From the NCBI GenBank assembly GCA_964016885.1, contig OZ024766.1, positions 19,282,001 through 19,346,000 on the forward strand: DNA of 64,000 nucleotides. Direction: 5' to 3'. This stretch comes from Eledone cirrhosa. Taxonomy: Eukaryota. This document shows, one piece after another, positions 49,033-62,973 of the stretch. A program made the translations under genes and the position numbers. How positions within the stretch are numbered: position 1 is the stretch's first letter; every line of letters starts with the position of its first letter. The notes under the pieces were generated by a model. The model saw only the letters and a program-made list of their open reading frames with translations, did no database searches and was not told the origin of the DNA.

Positions 49033-49755
49033 GGGATTGGTCGAGTGCAAGGCCTTTCCCCACTTAAAAAACCCTCAAAGCACAGGCATTGCTTGTTCAG
49101 GATATGTTACAGGTTTGTGTGGGTGGCTGGGATTGGTCGAATGCAAGGCCTTTCCCCACTTAAAAAACCTTCAAAGCACAGGCATTGCTTGTTCAGGATA
49201 TGTTACAGGTTTGTGTGGCTGGCTGGGATTGGTCGAATGCAAGGCCTTTCCCCACTTAAAAAACCTTCAAAGCACAGGCATTGCTTGTTCAGGATATGTT
49301 ACAGGTTTGTGTGGCTGGCCGGGATTGGTCGAGTGCAAGGCCTTTCCCCACTTAAAAAAGCTTCAAAGCACAGACATTGCTTGTTCAGGATATGTTACAG
49401 GTTTGTGTGGCTGGCCGGGATTGGTCGAGTGCAAGGGCCTTTCCCCACTTAAAAAAACCTTCAAAGCACAGACATTGCTTGTTCTGGATATGTTACAGGT
49501 TTGTGTGGCTGGCCGGGATTGGTCGAGTGCAAGGCCTTTCCCCACTTAAAAAACCTTCAAAGCACAGACATTGCTTGTTCAGGATATGTTACAGGTTTGT
49601 GTGGCTGGCCGGGATTGGTCGAGTACAAGGGCCTTTCCCCACTTAAAAAAACCTTCAAAGCACAGGCATTGCTTGTTCAGGTTATGTTACAGGTTTGTGT
49701 GGCTGGCCGGGATTGGTCGAGTGCAAGGCCTTTCCCCACTTAAAAATCTTCAAAC
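49033..49755. repeat. 96-bp minisatellite, about 7.5 copies, filling the exon 6-7 intron
   Basis: gggattggtcga recurs at 49033, 49129 and onward. Confidence 0.93.
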
Positions 49756-49821
49756 CACAAGCCCCCCCCCCCCCTGGATGGTAGGGAAGAGGTAGGAGAA
49801 GTGACAGCCAAAGATACTCAC

Positions 49822-49912
49822 GTCGAATTATAAGGGTCCTCCTTGCAGACGCTGTGCCATATCTATTCGTGGCGTTGCAATGGTATATCCCAGCATCTGC
49901 TACGACCAATTT
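49822..49912 (-). CDS. Nrg: exon 6, end of Ig5 (KLVVADAGIYHCNATNRYGTASARRTLIIR)
   Basis: cag acceptor, gtgag donor; DAGxYxC motif; 91 nt. Confidence 0.92.
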
Positions 49913-49949
49913 CTGCGGAGAAGAGAGGAAAAGATAAAGATTGAAATAA

Positions 49950-50590
49950 ATGTTTCTACTTTTAGGGGGCACAAGGCCAGCAATTACCCCAGTGTATTAC
50001 TGGTACTTTATTTTACTGACCCCGTAATAACTGTTTCTACTTTGGGGGACACAAGGCCAGCAATTACTCCAGTGTATTACTGGTACTTTATTTTACTGAC
50101 CCCGTAATAACTGTTTCTACTTTGGGGGGCACAAGGCCAGCAATTACTCCAGTGTATTACTGGTACTTTATTTTACTGACCCCGTAATAATTGTTTCTAC
50201 TTTTGGGGGGCACAAGGCCAGCAATTACCCCAGTGTATTACTGGTACTTTATTTTACTGACCCCGTAATAACTGTTTCTACTTTTGGGGGGCACAAGGCC
50301 AGCAATTACCCCAGTGTATTACTGGTACTTTATTTTATAGACCCCGTAATAACTGTTTCTACTTTTGGGGGGCACAAGGCCAGCAATTACTCCAGTGTAT
50401 TACTGGTACTTTATTTTACTGACCCCGTAATAAATGTTTCTACTTTTGGAGGCACAAGGCCAGCAATTACCCCAGTGTATTACTGGTACTTTATTTTACT
50501 GACCCCGTAATAAATGTTTCTACTTTTGGGGACACAAGGCCAGCAATTACCCCAGTGTATTACTGGTACTTTATTTTATCAAACCCTTAA
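49950..50590. repeat. tandem array (about 8 copies, unit about 80 bp) of a dispersed SINE-like repeat
   Basis: tttctacttt...ggcacaaggccagcaattaccccagtgtattactggtactttatttt; also at 25445-25706, 38130-38180 and inverted at 57865-58010. Confidence 0.85.
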
Positions 50591-51108
50591 TAATTGTGTG
50601 TCCCCCACCTCAAACCACTGCCACCTCTACCCCCACCACCACGTATGCCCCCCCACACCTCACACCATTACCACCACCACCTCTACTCCCCGCCACCCCA
50701 CACACCACCACCACCACCGCCACTACCACTATTCCCCCCTCACACCACCACCACCACTACTACCACTACCTCACCCCCATCACACCACTACCCTTCCCCC
50801 ATGACACCACAACCACTACTACAACCCCCACCGCCACCACCACCACCACTACCCCCGCCCCTCACACCCCCACCCCTCCCCCACCACACCACAGCCCCTT
50901 CCCCATCACACCACGACCACCACCGCCACCACTACCCCCCACACCACCGCCACTACCACTATTCAACCCCTCACACCACCACCACTACCCCCCCCCACTA
51001 CTACCGCCACCTCCACCACCACCACTACCCCCGCCCCTCACACCGCCACCACTACTAACCCCTCCCTCCCCGCCCCACCACACCACCACCACCGCCACCG
51101 CCACTCAC

Positions 51109-51290
51109 CTTGATGTTCAGGTTCCCGTTGCCCAACGTCCGGTAGCGCCCTCCGGTCATCTGTTTGTTGTCCTTGAACCAGTTGACCTGGACAGAGCCGT
51201 ACCCGGTGGTGCGGCAGGTGATGTTGGTGGACTGACCCTCGGACACCTTTATTGACAGGTCCTGGTCCTCCAGCAACTCCGGGGCCTCAG
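51109..51290 (-). CDS. Nrg: exon 5, first part of Ig5 ([11 protein letters not shown]...TCRTTG...WFKDNK...GNLNIK)
   Basis: cag acceptor, gtgag donor; 182 nt, phase 1-0. Confidence 0.92.
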
Positions 51291-51605
51291 CTGCTCAAAC
51301 AAAGTACACACAGTTAGAGGAGCTGGCAGAGAACACATATATAGATGTGTGTGTATATATGTGTGTGTGTGTATATATATATGTGTGTGTGTGTATATAT
51401 ATATGTGTGTGTGTGTATATGTGTGTGTATATATATATATGTGTGTGTGTGTATATATATGTGTGTGTGTGTGTGTATATATATGTGTGTGTGTGTGTGT
51501 ATATATATATGTATGTATGTGTATATATATAAATGTGTGTGTGTATGTGTGTGTGTGTGTATATATATGTGTGTGTGTGTGTATATATATATGTATGTGT
51601 GTGTG

Positions 51606-51643
<38 letters not shown>

Positions 51644-51726
51644 TATGTGTGTGTATATATATATATGTGTGTGTATATATATATATGTATGTGTATATAT
51701 ATATATGTATGTGTATATATATATAT

Positions 51727-51876
51727 GCAGGTGATGTTGGTGGACTGACCCTAACCCTAACCCTAACCCTCGGACACCTTTATTGACAGGTCCTGGTCCT
51801 CCAGCAACTCCGGAGCCTCAGCTGCTCAAACAAAGTACACACAGTTAGAGGAGCTGGCAGAGAACACATGTATAGA

Positions 51877-51880
<4 letters not shown>
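51727..51880 (-). pseudogene. partial duplicate of the exon 5 5' half plus acceptor, interrupted by (TTAGGG)3
   Basis: Near-identical to 51214-51350; 18-nt insertion within 51749-51770 gives in-frame TAG stops; no donor copied. Confidence 0.9.
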
Positions 51881-51927
<47 letters not shown>

Positions 51928-52047
51928 ATATATGTGTGTGTGTGTGTATATATGTGTGTGTGTGTGTGTGTATATATGTGTGTGTATATATATATATGTG
52001 TATATATATATATATGTGTGTGTGTGTGTATATATGTGTGTGTGTGA

Positions 52048-52192
52048 ACAGACCTCAGATCATTGAAGCTCACGGTGGAGATGACGAGGGACCGTGACGA
52101 GTGGAGAGATGCTGTGCTGAATAAGACCCGTCCCACCCTTGCAAGCAGGGAAGAGCGGACGTAAAATGATGATGATGATGATGATGATGATG
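52048..52192 (+). mobile_element. RTE LINE 3' end fragment
   Basis: Homologous to 32954-33080; (gat)n tail. Confidence 0.82.
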
Positions 52193-52220
52193 TGTGGATG
52201 TGTGTATATATATGTATGTG

Positions 52221-52257
<37 letters not shown>

Positions 52258-52352
52258 GTATGTATGTGTATATATATAAATGTATATATATGTATGTGTA
52301 TATATATATATGTGTGTGTGTGTGTATATATATATATATGTATGTGTGTGTG

Positions 52353-52383
<31 letters not shown>

Positions 52384-52486
52384 ATATATATATATATGTA
52401 TGTGTGTGTGTATATATATATATGTATGTGTGTGTGTATATATATATATATGTATGTGTGTGTGTATATATATATATATGTATGTG

Positions 52487-52519
<33 letters not shown>

Positions 52520-52530
52520 ATATATATATA

Positions 52531-52575
<45 letters not shown>

Positions 52576-52698
52576 ATATATATATGTATGTGTGTGTGTA
52601 TATATATATGTGTGTGTGTGTGTGTATATATGTGTGTGTGTGTGTATATATATATATGTATGTATGTGTATATATATAAATGTATATATATGTATGTG

Positions 52699-52731
<33 letters not shown>

Positions 52732-52868
52732 ATATATATATATGTATGTGTGTGTGTATATATATATGTATGTGTGTGTGTATATATATATGTATGTGTG
52801 TGTGTATATATATATGTATGTATGTGTATATATATATATGTATATATATGTATGTGTATATATATATA

Positions 52869-52915
<47 letters not shown>

Positions 52916-53024
52916 ATATATATATATGTGTGTGTGTGTATATATATATATGTGTGTGTGTATATATATATATATGTATGTGTGTGTATATATGTGTGTG
53001 TGTGTGTATATATATATGTATGTG

Positions 53025-53059
<35 letters not shown>

Positions 53060-53272
53060 GTGTGTGTGTGTGTATATATATATGTATGTGTATATATATA
53101 TATGTGTGTGTATATATATATATGTATGTGTATATATATATATGTGTGTGTATATATATATATGTATGTGTATATATATATATGTATGTGTGTGTATATA
53201 TATATATGTATGTGTGTATATATATATATGTGTGTGTATATATATGTGTGTGTGTATATATATATATGTATG

Positions 53273-53309
<37 letters not shown>

Positions 53310-53424
53310 GTGTGTGTGTGTATATATATATATGTATGTGTGTGTATATATATATATGTATGTATATATATATATATGTATGTGTGTGTATATATATATG
53401 TATGTGTATATATATATGTATGTG

Positions 53425-53459
<35 letters not shown>

Positions 53460-53492
53460 GTGTGTGTGTGTGTGTATATATATATGTATGTG

Positions 53493-53531
<39 letters not shown>

Positions 53532-53626
53532 GTATGTGTGTGTATATATATATATATATGTATGTGTGTATATATATATATGTGTGTGTATATATATATG
53601 TGTGTGTGTATATATATATATGTATG

Positions 53627-53665
<39 letters not shown>

Positions 53666-53780
53666 GTGTGTGTGTATATATATATATGTATGTGTGTGTA
53701 TATATATATATGTATGTATATATATATATATGTATGTGTGTGTGTATATATATATGTATGTGTATATATATATATGTATG

Positions 53781-53811
<31 letters not shown>

Positions 53812-53946
53812 ATATATGTGTGTGTGTGTATACATATATGTATGTGTATATATATATATGTGTGTGTGTATATATGTGTGTGTGTGTGTGTATATATAGA
53901 TATGTATATATATATATATGTGTGTGTGTGTGTATATATAGATATG

Positions 53947-53979
<33 letters not shown>

Positions 53980-54014
53980 ATATATATGTGTGTGTGTGTG
54001 TATATATAGATATG

Positions 54015-54045
<31 letters not shown>

Positions 54046-54098
54046 ATATATAGATATGTATATATATATATGTGTGTGTGTGTGTATATATAGATATG

Positions 54099-54143
<45 letters not shown>

Positions 54144-54622
54144 GTGTGTGTGTGTATATATAGATATGTATATATATATATATATGTGTGTGTGTGTATA
54201 TATGTGTGTGTGTGTATATATAGATATGTATATATATATATATGTGTGTGTGTGTGTATATATAGATATGTATATATATGTGTGTGTGTGTGTGTGTGTA
54301 TATATAGATATGTATATATATATATATGTGTGTGTGTGTGTATATATAGATATGTATATATATATATGTGTGTGTGTGTGTATATATAGATATGTATATA
54401 TATATATATGTGTGTGTGTGTGTATATATGTGTGTGTGTGTGTATATATAGATATGTATATATATATATGTGTGTGTGTGTGTATATATAGATATGTATA
54501 TATATATATATGTGTGTGTGTATATATGTGTGTGTGTGTGTATATATATATGTATGTGTATATATATATATGTATGTGTGTGTGTATATATATATGTATG
54601 TGTATATATATATATATGTATG

Positions 54623-54655
<33 letters not shown>

Positions 54656-54983
54656 GTGTGTGTGTGTGTATATATATGTATGTATGTGTGTGTGTATATA
54701 TATATATGTGTGTGTGTATATATATATATATGTGTATATATATATATGTATGTGTGTGTATATATATATATGTATGTATCTGTATATATATATATGTATG
54801 TATGTGTATGTATATGTATATATATGTATATGTATATATATGTATATACATACATGTATATATATATATATGTGTATATACATATATATCTATGTATATG
54901 TATATATATATATATATATATATGTATATACATATATATACATATATATATATATACACATATATACATATATATATATACAC

Positions 54984-55046
<63 letters not shown>

Positions 55047-55133
55047 TATACATATATTTCTATGTATATGTATATACATATATATACACATACATATATA
55101 TATATATATATACACATATATATATATATATAT

Positions 55134-55172
<39 letters not shown>

Positions 55173-56083
55173 CATATATATATATACATACATATATATA
55201 TATATATAGACAATATTCCCCCACACACCCCACAAAAAAGGCAAAAAAGAAGGAAAAGAAGAACTATACATGCACCTTTGATGAGTTGTAGTGCACCTGA
55301 GCACTGTACACAGTAATTTCATTATTATTATTATATAAGAAGAAGAAGACAAAGAAGGCAAAGAAGGCAAAGAAGACAAAAAAGAAGAAGAATGCAAAGA
55401 ATGCAAAGAAGGCAAAGAAGACAAAGAAGGCAAAGAAGAAGAAGAAGACAAAGAAGGCAAAGAAGACAAAGAAAGCAAAGAAGACAAAGAAGAAGAAGAA
55501 GACAAAGAAGGCAAAGAAGACAAAGAAAGCAAAGAAGACAAAAAAGAAGAAGAAGACAAAGAAGGCAAAGAAGACAAAGAAGAAGAAGAAGACAAAGAAG
55601 GCAAAGAAGACAAAGAAGGCAAAGAAGACAAAAAAGAAGAAGACAAAGAAGGCAAAGAAGACAAAGAAGGCAAAGAAGACAAAAAAGAAGAAGAAGGCAA
55701 AGAAGGCAAAGAAGACAAAGAAGAAGAAGAAGAATGCAAAGAAAAAGACAAAGAAGGCAAAGAAGATAAAGAAGACAAAAAAGAAGAAGAAGACAAAGAA
55801 GACAAAAAAGAAGGCAAAGAAGACAAAAAAGAAGAAGACAAAGAAGGCAAAGAAGACAAAGAAGGCAAAGAAGACAAAGAAGGCAAAGAAGACAAAGAAG
55901 ACAAAGAAGGCAAAGAAGACAAAGAAGAAGAAGAAGACAAAGAAGACAAAGAAGACAAAGAAGACAAAAAAGAAAAAAAAGACAAAGAAGGCAAAGAAGA
56001 CAAAAAAGAAGAAGAAGAATGCAAAGAAAAAGAAACAGAAGGCAAGGAAGAAAAAGAAGACTATGGAATGATTTAAGAATTAC

Positions 56084-56227
56084 CAAGAACGTTGAGGAAG
56101 GCATTAGTGAAGACATATCCATAGATGTTACTGATGTTACACTGGATAGACATGGCATCCTGGGGGGTGAGGTTCACAACAGTTAGGTTGGTTTTCTGGA
56201 CTATAAACTTGTTTTGGTTGATACTAG
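56084..56227 (-). CDS. Nrg: exon 4, second half of Ig4 (SINQNKFIVQKTNLTVVNLTPQDAMSIQCNISNIYGYVFTNAFLNVL)
   Basis: Translated by hand; ttcag acceptor, gtaat donor; typical L1 Ig4 C-terminal motif; 144 nt. Confidence 0.92.
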
Positions 56228-56254
56228 CTGAAAATATAAGAAGATATTATCATA

Positions 56255-57864
56255 TACTGTACTGTACATTAGATAATGTAGTCCTAGATACACTATGTCT
56301 GATAGCCACTAATACTAACTACTGTACTGTACATTAGATAATGTAGTCCTAGATACACTATGTCTGATAGCCACTAATACTAACTACTGTACTGTACATT
56401 AGATAATGTAGTCCTAGATACACTATGTCTGATAGCCACTAATACTAACTACTGTACTGTACATTAGATAATGTAGTCCTAGATACGCTATGTCTGATAG
56501 CCACTAATACTAACTACTGTACTGTACATTAGATAATGTAGTCCTAGATACGCTATGTCTGATAGCCACTAATACTAACTACTGTACTGTACATTAGATA
56601 ATGTAGTCCTAGATACACTATGTCTGATAGCCACTAATACTAACTACTGTACTGTACATTAGATAATGTAGTCCTAGATACACTATGTCTGATAGCCACT
56701 AATACTAACTACTGTACTGTACATTAGATAATGTAGTCCTAGATACACTATGTCTGATAGCCACTAATACTAACTACTGTACTGTACATTAGATAATGTA
56801 GTCCTAGATATACTATGTCAGATAGCCACTAATACTAACTACTGTACTGTACATTAGATAATGTAGTCCTAGATACACTATGTCTGATAGCCACTAATAC
56901 TAACTACTGTACTGTACATTAGATAATGTAGTCCTAGATACACTATGTCTGATAGCCACTAATACTAACTACTGTACTGTACATTAGATAATGTAGTCCT
57001 AGATACACTATGTCTGATAGCCACTAATACTAACTACTGTACTGTACATTAGATAATGTAGTCCTAGATACACTATGTCTGATAGCCACTAATACTAACT
57101 ACTGTACTGTACATTAGATAATGTAGTCCTAGATACACTATGTCTGATAGCCACTAATACTAACTACTGTACTGTACATTAGATAATGTAGTCCTAGAGA
57201 CACTATGTCTGATAGCCACTAATACTAACTACTGTACTGTACATTAGATAATGTAGTCCTAGATACACTATGTCTGATAGCCACTAATACTAACTACTGT
57301 ACTGTACATTAGATAATGTAGTCCTAGATATACTATGTCAGATAGCCACTAATACTAACTACTGTACTGTACATTAGATAATGTAGTCCTAGATACACTA
57401 TGTCTGATAGCCACTAATACTAACTACTGTACTGTACATTAGATAATGTAGTCCTAGATACACTATGTCTGATAGCCACTAATACTAACTACTGTACTGT
57501 ACATTAGATAATGTAGTCCTAGATATACTATGTCAGATAGCCACTAATACTAACTACTGTACTGTACATTAGATAGTGTAGTCCTAGATATACTATGTCT
57601 GATAGCCACTAATACTAACTACTGTACTGTACATTAGATAATGTAGTCCTAGATACACTATGTCTGATAGCCTCTAATACTAACTACTGTACTGTACATT
57701 AGATAGTGTAGTCCTAGATACACTATGTCTGATAGCCACTAATACTAACTACTGTACTGTACATTAGATAATGTAGTCCTAGATACACTATGTCTGATAG
57801 CCACTAATACTAACTACTGTACTGTACATTATATAATGTAGTCCTAGATACACTATGTCTGATA
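56255..57864. repeat. 65-bp minisatellite, about 25 copies, filling the exon 3-4 intron
   Basis: gtcctagata recurs at 56281, 56346 and onward. Confidence 0.96.
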
Positions 57865-58030
57865 CGGGGTTGATAAAATAAAGTACCAGTAATACACTGG
57901 GGTAATTGCTGGCCTTGTGCCTAAAGTAGAAACATTTATTACGGGGTCGGTAAAATTAAGTACCAGTAATACACTGGGGGTTATTGCTGGCTCTTGTGCA
58001 AAGAGTAGAAATATTATAGAGAATACTTAC

Positions 58031-58165
58031 AATCAACTTTCTTCCCATTAATAAACCAATTATGTATAAAGTAGGGAGGTTGCGATGTGGCATTGCAGAA
58101 GAAGCTCACACTACTTCCAACACTGGTGACTACACTTTCAGGCTTTTCTAACCATTCTGGGGTGG
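58031..58165 (-). CDS. Nrg: exon 3, first half of Ig4 (TPEWLEKPES...CNATSQPP...WFINGKKVD)
   Basis: ttcag acceptor, gtaag donor; 135 nt, phase 1-1. Confidence 0.92.
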
Positions 58166-58431
58166 CTGAAAGAAGATACAAAATTGGTTGGAGCAATCTG
58201 AAAGCTATTCCATTACTTCTAGTAAATCTTACAATACCTCTACATGAATACAGCTTTTGCAGTTGTCACACTTAATTCAGCCCCTTGCCTTACATCACTC
58301 ATAAACACAGCCCAAACTCCCTATCTTCAGTTCAGTAATCTGAAGGGAGAGAGGTAGGTGTAAAAGCCAAACTGCCTATCTTCAATACAGTAATCAGAAG
58401 GGAGGTAGGTGTAAAAGACAAACTCGCTATC

Positions 58432-59682
58432 TGAGTTCAATTCTTAGACCAGGTGATGTGTTGTTTCCTTCCACTTTATTTCACATTGCTCCAGTTTACT
58501 CAGCTGTAGAAATGAGATGATAGGGACTGGGGTCCCTATCATTCCACTGCAAAGTGGTCGTGGAGGTGCCACGGCAAAAAAGCACCCAGCACTCACTGTA
58601 AAGTGGTCGTGGAGGTGCCACGGCAAAAAAGCACCCAGCACTCACTGTAAAGTGGTCGTGGAGGTGCCACAGCAAAAAAGCACCCAGCACTCACTGTAAA
58701 GTGGTCGTGGAGGTGCCACGGCAAAAAAGCACCCAGCACTCACTGTAAAGTGGTCGTGGAGGTGCCACAGCAAAAAAGTACCCAGCCCTCACTGTAAAGT
58801 GGTCGTGGAGGTGCCACGGCAAAAAAGCACCCAGCACTCACTGTAAAGTGGTCGTGGAGGTGCCACGGCAAAAAAGCACCCAGCACTCACTGTAGAGTGG
58901 TCGGGGAGGTGCCACAGCAAAAAAGCACCCAGCACTCACTGTAAAGTGGTCGTGGAGGTGCCATGGCAAAAAAGCACCCAGCACTCACTGTAAAGTGGTC
59001 GTGGAGGTGCCACGGCAAAAAAAGCACCCAGCACTCACTGTAAAGTGGTCGTGGAGGTGCCACGGCAAAAAAACACCCAGCACTCACTGTAAAGTGGTCG
59101 TGGAGGTGCCACTGCAAAAAAGCACCCAGCACTCACTGTAAAGTGGTCGTGGAGGTGCCACGGCAAAAAAAGCACCCACCACTCACTGTAAAGTGGTCGT
59201 GGAGGTGCCACTGCAAAAAAGCACCCAGCACTCACTGTAAAGTGGTCGTGGAGGTGCCACGGCAAAAAAAGCACCCACCACTCACTGTAAAGTGGTCGTG
59301 GAGGTGCCACTGCAAAAAAGCACCCAGCACTCACTGTAAAGTGGTCGTGGAGGTGCCACGGCAAAAAAACACCCAGCACTCACTGTAAAGTGGTCGTGGA
59401 GGTGCCACTGCAAAAAAGCACCCAGCACTCACTGTAAAGTGGTCGTGGAGGTGCCACGGCAAAAAAAGCACCCACCACTCACTGTAAAGTGGTCGTGGAG
59501 GTGCCACTGCAAAAAAGCACCCAGCACTCACTGTAAAGTGGTCGTGGAGGTGCCACGGCAAAAAAAGCACCCAGCACTCACTGTAAATGAGGTTGGTGTT
59601 AGGAAGGGCATCCAGCTGTAGAAATCAAGCAAGAATCAGTTCCCGTCCCACCCTTGCACGCAGGGAAAAAGCGGACGTAAAA
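58432..59682 (+). mobile_element. 5'-truncated copy of the same SINE with about 21 internal 49-bp units
   Basis: B box, core, array and tail match the 62974 copy. Confidence 0.85.
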
Positions 59683-59869
59683 TTAAAAATGACACATATA
59701 TATATATATTTATATATATATATGGGCCTTCCAGTTTCATTTTACATTATATACATGTCTGCGTATATTTTAATTATTTAAAAATTATTTTTAAGTGAAC
59801 GTGACCCAACAGGTCACGATTGGGTCAAGTTGACATTAAAACCAAAGAAAGCTATGAAAACAAACTTAC

Positions 59870-60063
59870 AGACAATGATGACCTTAATAGCATATCTTGG
59901 GTTTTCACTAAATCCTGATGCTTGGGCTTTGCATTCATAACTTCCTTTATCGATGTAGTCAGCATTTGGTATATTTAGTTCAAGTCCAAAACTTGCGAAC
60001 TTATATCTAGTGTTTCCTTGGATGATTTTACCATTCCTGAACCACGACACACTTGGAGTTGGA
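59870..60063 (-). CDS. Nrg: exon 2, Ig3 (HPTPSVSWFRNGK...DKGSYECKA...VIIV)
   Basis: cag acceptor, gtaag donor; Ig W and DxGxYxC motifs; 194 nt. Confidence 0.92.
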
Positions 60064-60255
60064 CTGGCAATGGAAGAGCACACAAAATGAATTTTTGTTG
60101 TTGTTACACAAAGGATAGGGTACAAAAAAATAGGGTTCTCTCCGTCCGTTAACATATTTTAAATGGCATCTCTACCCTATCTTCCCACCAACACCACCCT
60201 CTCTCTGTAAAGTTGGTACCCCCAACATCCAGTCCAAATAAATGAGATCGAGATC

Positions 60256-62182
60256 GTGTAGGTGTCACGACCAAAAAAAAACACAGTCCACACTGTAAAG
60301 TGGCCGTGTAGGTAACACGGTAAAAACCTCCCAGTCCACACTGTAAAGTGGTCATGTAGGTGTCACAACAAATAGCACCCAGTCCACACTGTAAAGTGGT
60401 CATGTAGGTGTCACAACAAAAAGCACCCAGTCCACACTGTAAAGTGGTCATGTAGGTGTCACAACAAAAAGTACCCAGTCCACTCTGTAAAGTGGTCATG
60501 TAGGTGTCACAACAAAAAGCACCCAGTCCACACTGTAAAGTGGTCATGTAGGTGTCACAACAAAAAGTACCCAGTCCACGCTGTAAAGTGGTCATGTAGG
60601 TGACAACAAAAAATCACCCAGTCCACACTGTAAAGTGGTCATGTAGGTGTCACAACAAAAAGCACCCAGTCCACACTGTAAAGTGGTCATGTAGGTGTCA
60701 CAACAAAAAGTACCCAGTCCACGCTGTAAAGTGGTCATGTAGGTGTCACAACAAAAAGTACCCAGTCCACACTGTAAAGTGGTCATGTAGGTGACACAAC
60801 AAAAAATCACCCAGTCCACACTGTAAAGTGGTCATGTAGGTGTCACAACAAAAAGCACCCAGTCCACACTGTAAAGTGGTCATGTAGGTGTCACAACATA
60901 AAGTACCCAGTCCACACTGTAAAGTGGTCATGTAGGTGTCACAACAAAAGGTACCCAGTCCACTCTGTAAAGTGGTCATGTAGGTGTCACAACAAAAAGT
61001 ACCCAGTCCACTCTGTAAAGTGGTCATGTAGGTGTCACAACAAAAAGTACCCAGTCCACTCTGTAAAGTGGTCATGTAGGTGTCACAACAAAAAGTACCC
61101 AGTCCACACTGTAAAGTGGTCATGTAGGTGTCACAACAAAAAGTACCCAGTCCACACTGTAAAGTGGTCATGTAGGTGTCACAACAAAAAGTACCCAGTC
61201 CACACTGTAAAGTGGTCATGTAGGTGTCACAACAAATAGTACCCAGTCCACACTGTAAAGTGGTCATGTAGGTGTCACAACAAATAGTACCCAGTCCACA
61301 CTGTAAAGTGGTCATGTAGGTGTCACAACAAATAGTACCCAGTCCACTCTGTAAAGTGGTCATGTAGGTGTCACAACAAATAGTACCCAGTCCACACTGT
61401 AAAGTGGTCATGTAGGTGTCACAAAAAGTACCCAGTCCACGCTGTAAAGTGGTCATGTAGGTGTCACAACAAAAAGTACCCAGTCCACACTGTAAAGTGG
61501 TCATGTAGGTGTCACAACAAAAAGTACCCAGTCCACACTGTAAAGTGGTCATGTAGGTGTCACAACAAAAAGTACCCAGTCCACACTGTAAAGTGGTCAT
61601 GTAGGTGTCACAACAAAAAGCACCCAGTCCACACTGTAAAGTGGTCATGTAGGGGTCACAACAAAAAGTACCCAGTCCACGCTGTAAAGTGGTCATGTAG
61701 GTGTCACAACAAAAAGTACCCAGTCCACACTGTAAAGTGGTCATGTAGGTGTCACAACAAAAAGCACCCAGTCTACACTGTAAAGTGGTCATGTAGGTGT
61801 CACAACAAAAAGTACCCAGTCCACGCTGTAAAGTGGTCATGTAGGTGTCACAACAAAAAGCACCCAGTCCACACTGTAAAGTGGTCATGTAGGTGTCACA
61901 ACAAAAAGTACCCAGTCCACACTGTAAAGTGGTCATGTAGGTGTCACAACAAAAAGCACCCAGTCCACACTGTAATGTGGCCGTGTAGGTAACACGGTAA
62001 AAACCTCCCAGTCCACACTGTAAATGTGGTTGATGTTAGGAAGGGCATCCAGCCGTAGAAAACCTGCCAGACAGTCCTATATGAGCGAGACACGGTCACC
62101 CGACCAACCTTGCCTCAAGTGGGAGAAGTCCCACCTAACCCATGCTAGCGTGGAAGATAGATGTTAAACGATGATGATGATA
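60256..62182 (+). mobile_element. related SINE subfamily with about 33 internal units of about 51 bp
   Basis: cccagtccacactgtaaagtggtcatgtaggtgtcacaac array; same 3' region as 39237. Confidence 0.78.
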
Positions 62183-62185
62183 AAT

Positions 62186-62571
62186 ACTTTAACCCTTTCA
62201 TTACCATATTTCTAATGGAACATAACTTAACAAAGGTTCTTACATAAAATTATGATGGAAGGTTTTTAGATAAATATAAACACTTTAACCCCTTCATTAC
62301 CATATTTCTAATGGAACATAACTTAACAAAGGTTCTTACATAAAATTATGTTGGAAGGTTTTTAGATAAATATAAACACTTTAACCCTTTCATTACCATA
62401 TTTCAAGTGGAACATAACTTAACACAGGTTCTTACATAAAATTATGATGGAAGGTTTTTAGATAAATATAAACACTTTAACCCTTTCATTGCCATATTTC
62501 TAATGGAGCATAACTTAACAAAGGTTCTTACATAAAATTATGATGGAAGGTTTTTAGATAAATATAAACAC
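62186..62571. repeat. 96-bp tandem repeat (4 copies) beginning TTAACCCTTT, a MITE-like end; single homolog at about 10147-10235
   Basis: ttaaccctttcattaccatatttctaatggaacataacttaac. Confidence 0.8.
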
Positions 62572-62763
62572 AGGTCAGGATATGAGGGTGGTGGAGAAGG
62601 GAGTGTGTCGAGGGGTTAGGGGAATGAGGGGATTCCCCCCCCCCCCCCGGGGAATGGGAGCTAGAGATGGTGTGGGCTAGGCTGGAGATGGGAACTGGAT
62701 AAGGGGGTGGAGATGGGCGGGGGCTGGTTGAAGGGGTGGAGCATCAGGGGTAAGATAACTTAC

Positions 62764-62866
62764 TGTCCCCCAAAGATACACTTCAATTTAACAGTCTCTC
62801 CTTTCTTAAATACCATTTCTGTGGGGCTGGCCTTCATTAAATCAGGGGCATAATCTTCTGCTTGAA
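62764..62866 (-). CDS. Nrg: exon 1 in window, start of Ig3 (xQAEDYAPDLMKASPTEMVFKKGETVKLKCIFGG)
   Basis: ttcag acceptor, gtaag donor; 103 nt, phase 1-2. Confidence 0.85.
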
Positions 62867-62880
62867 CTGAAAGGGAAGAA

Positions 62881-62967
<87 letters not shown>

Positions 62968-62973
62968 AGGAGT

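Larger units (their letters stand above)
51335..55208. repeat. (TA)n(TG)n compound microsatellite of about 3.9 kb
   Basis: Direct inspection. Confidence 0.93.

Noticed and set aside
56255-57864. TACTAAC branch-point consensus in each 65-bp unit
   Set aside because: It lies on the strand opposite to the gene, and there is no evidence of a + strand transcript
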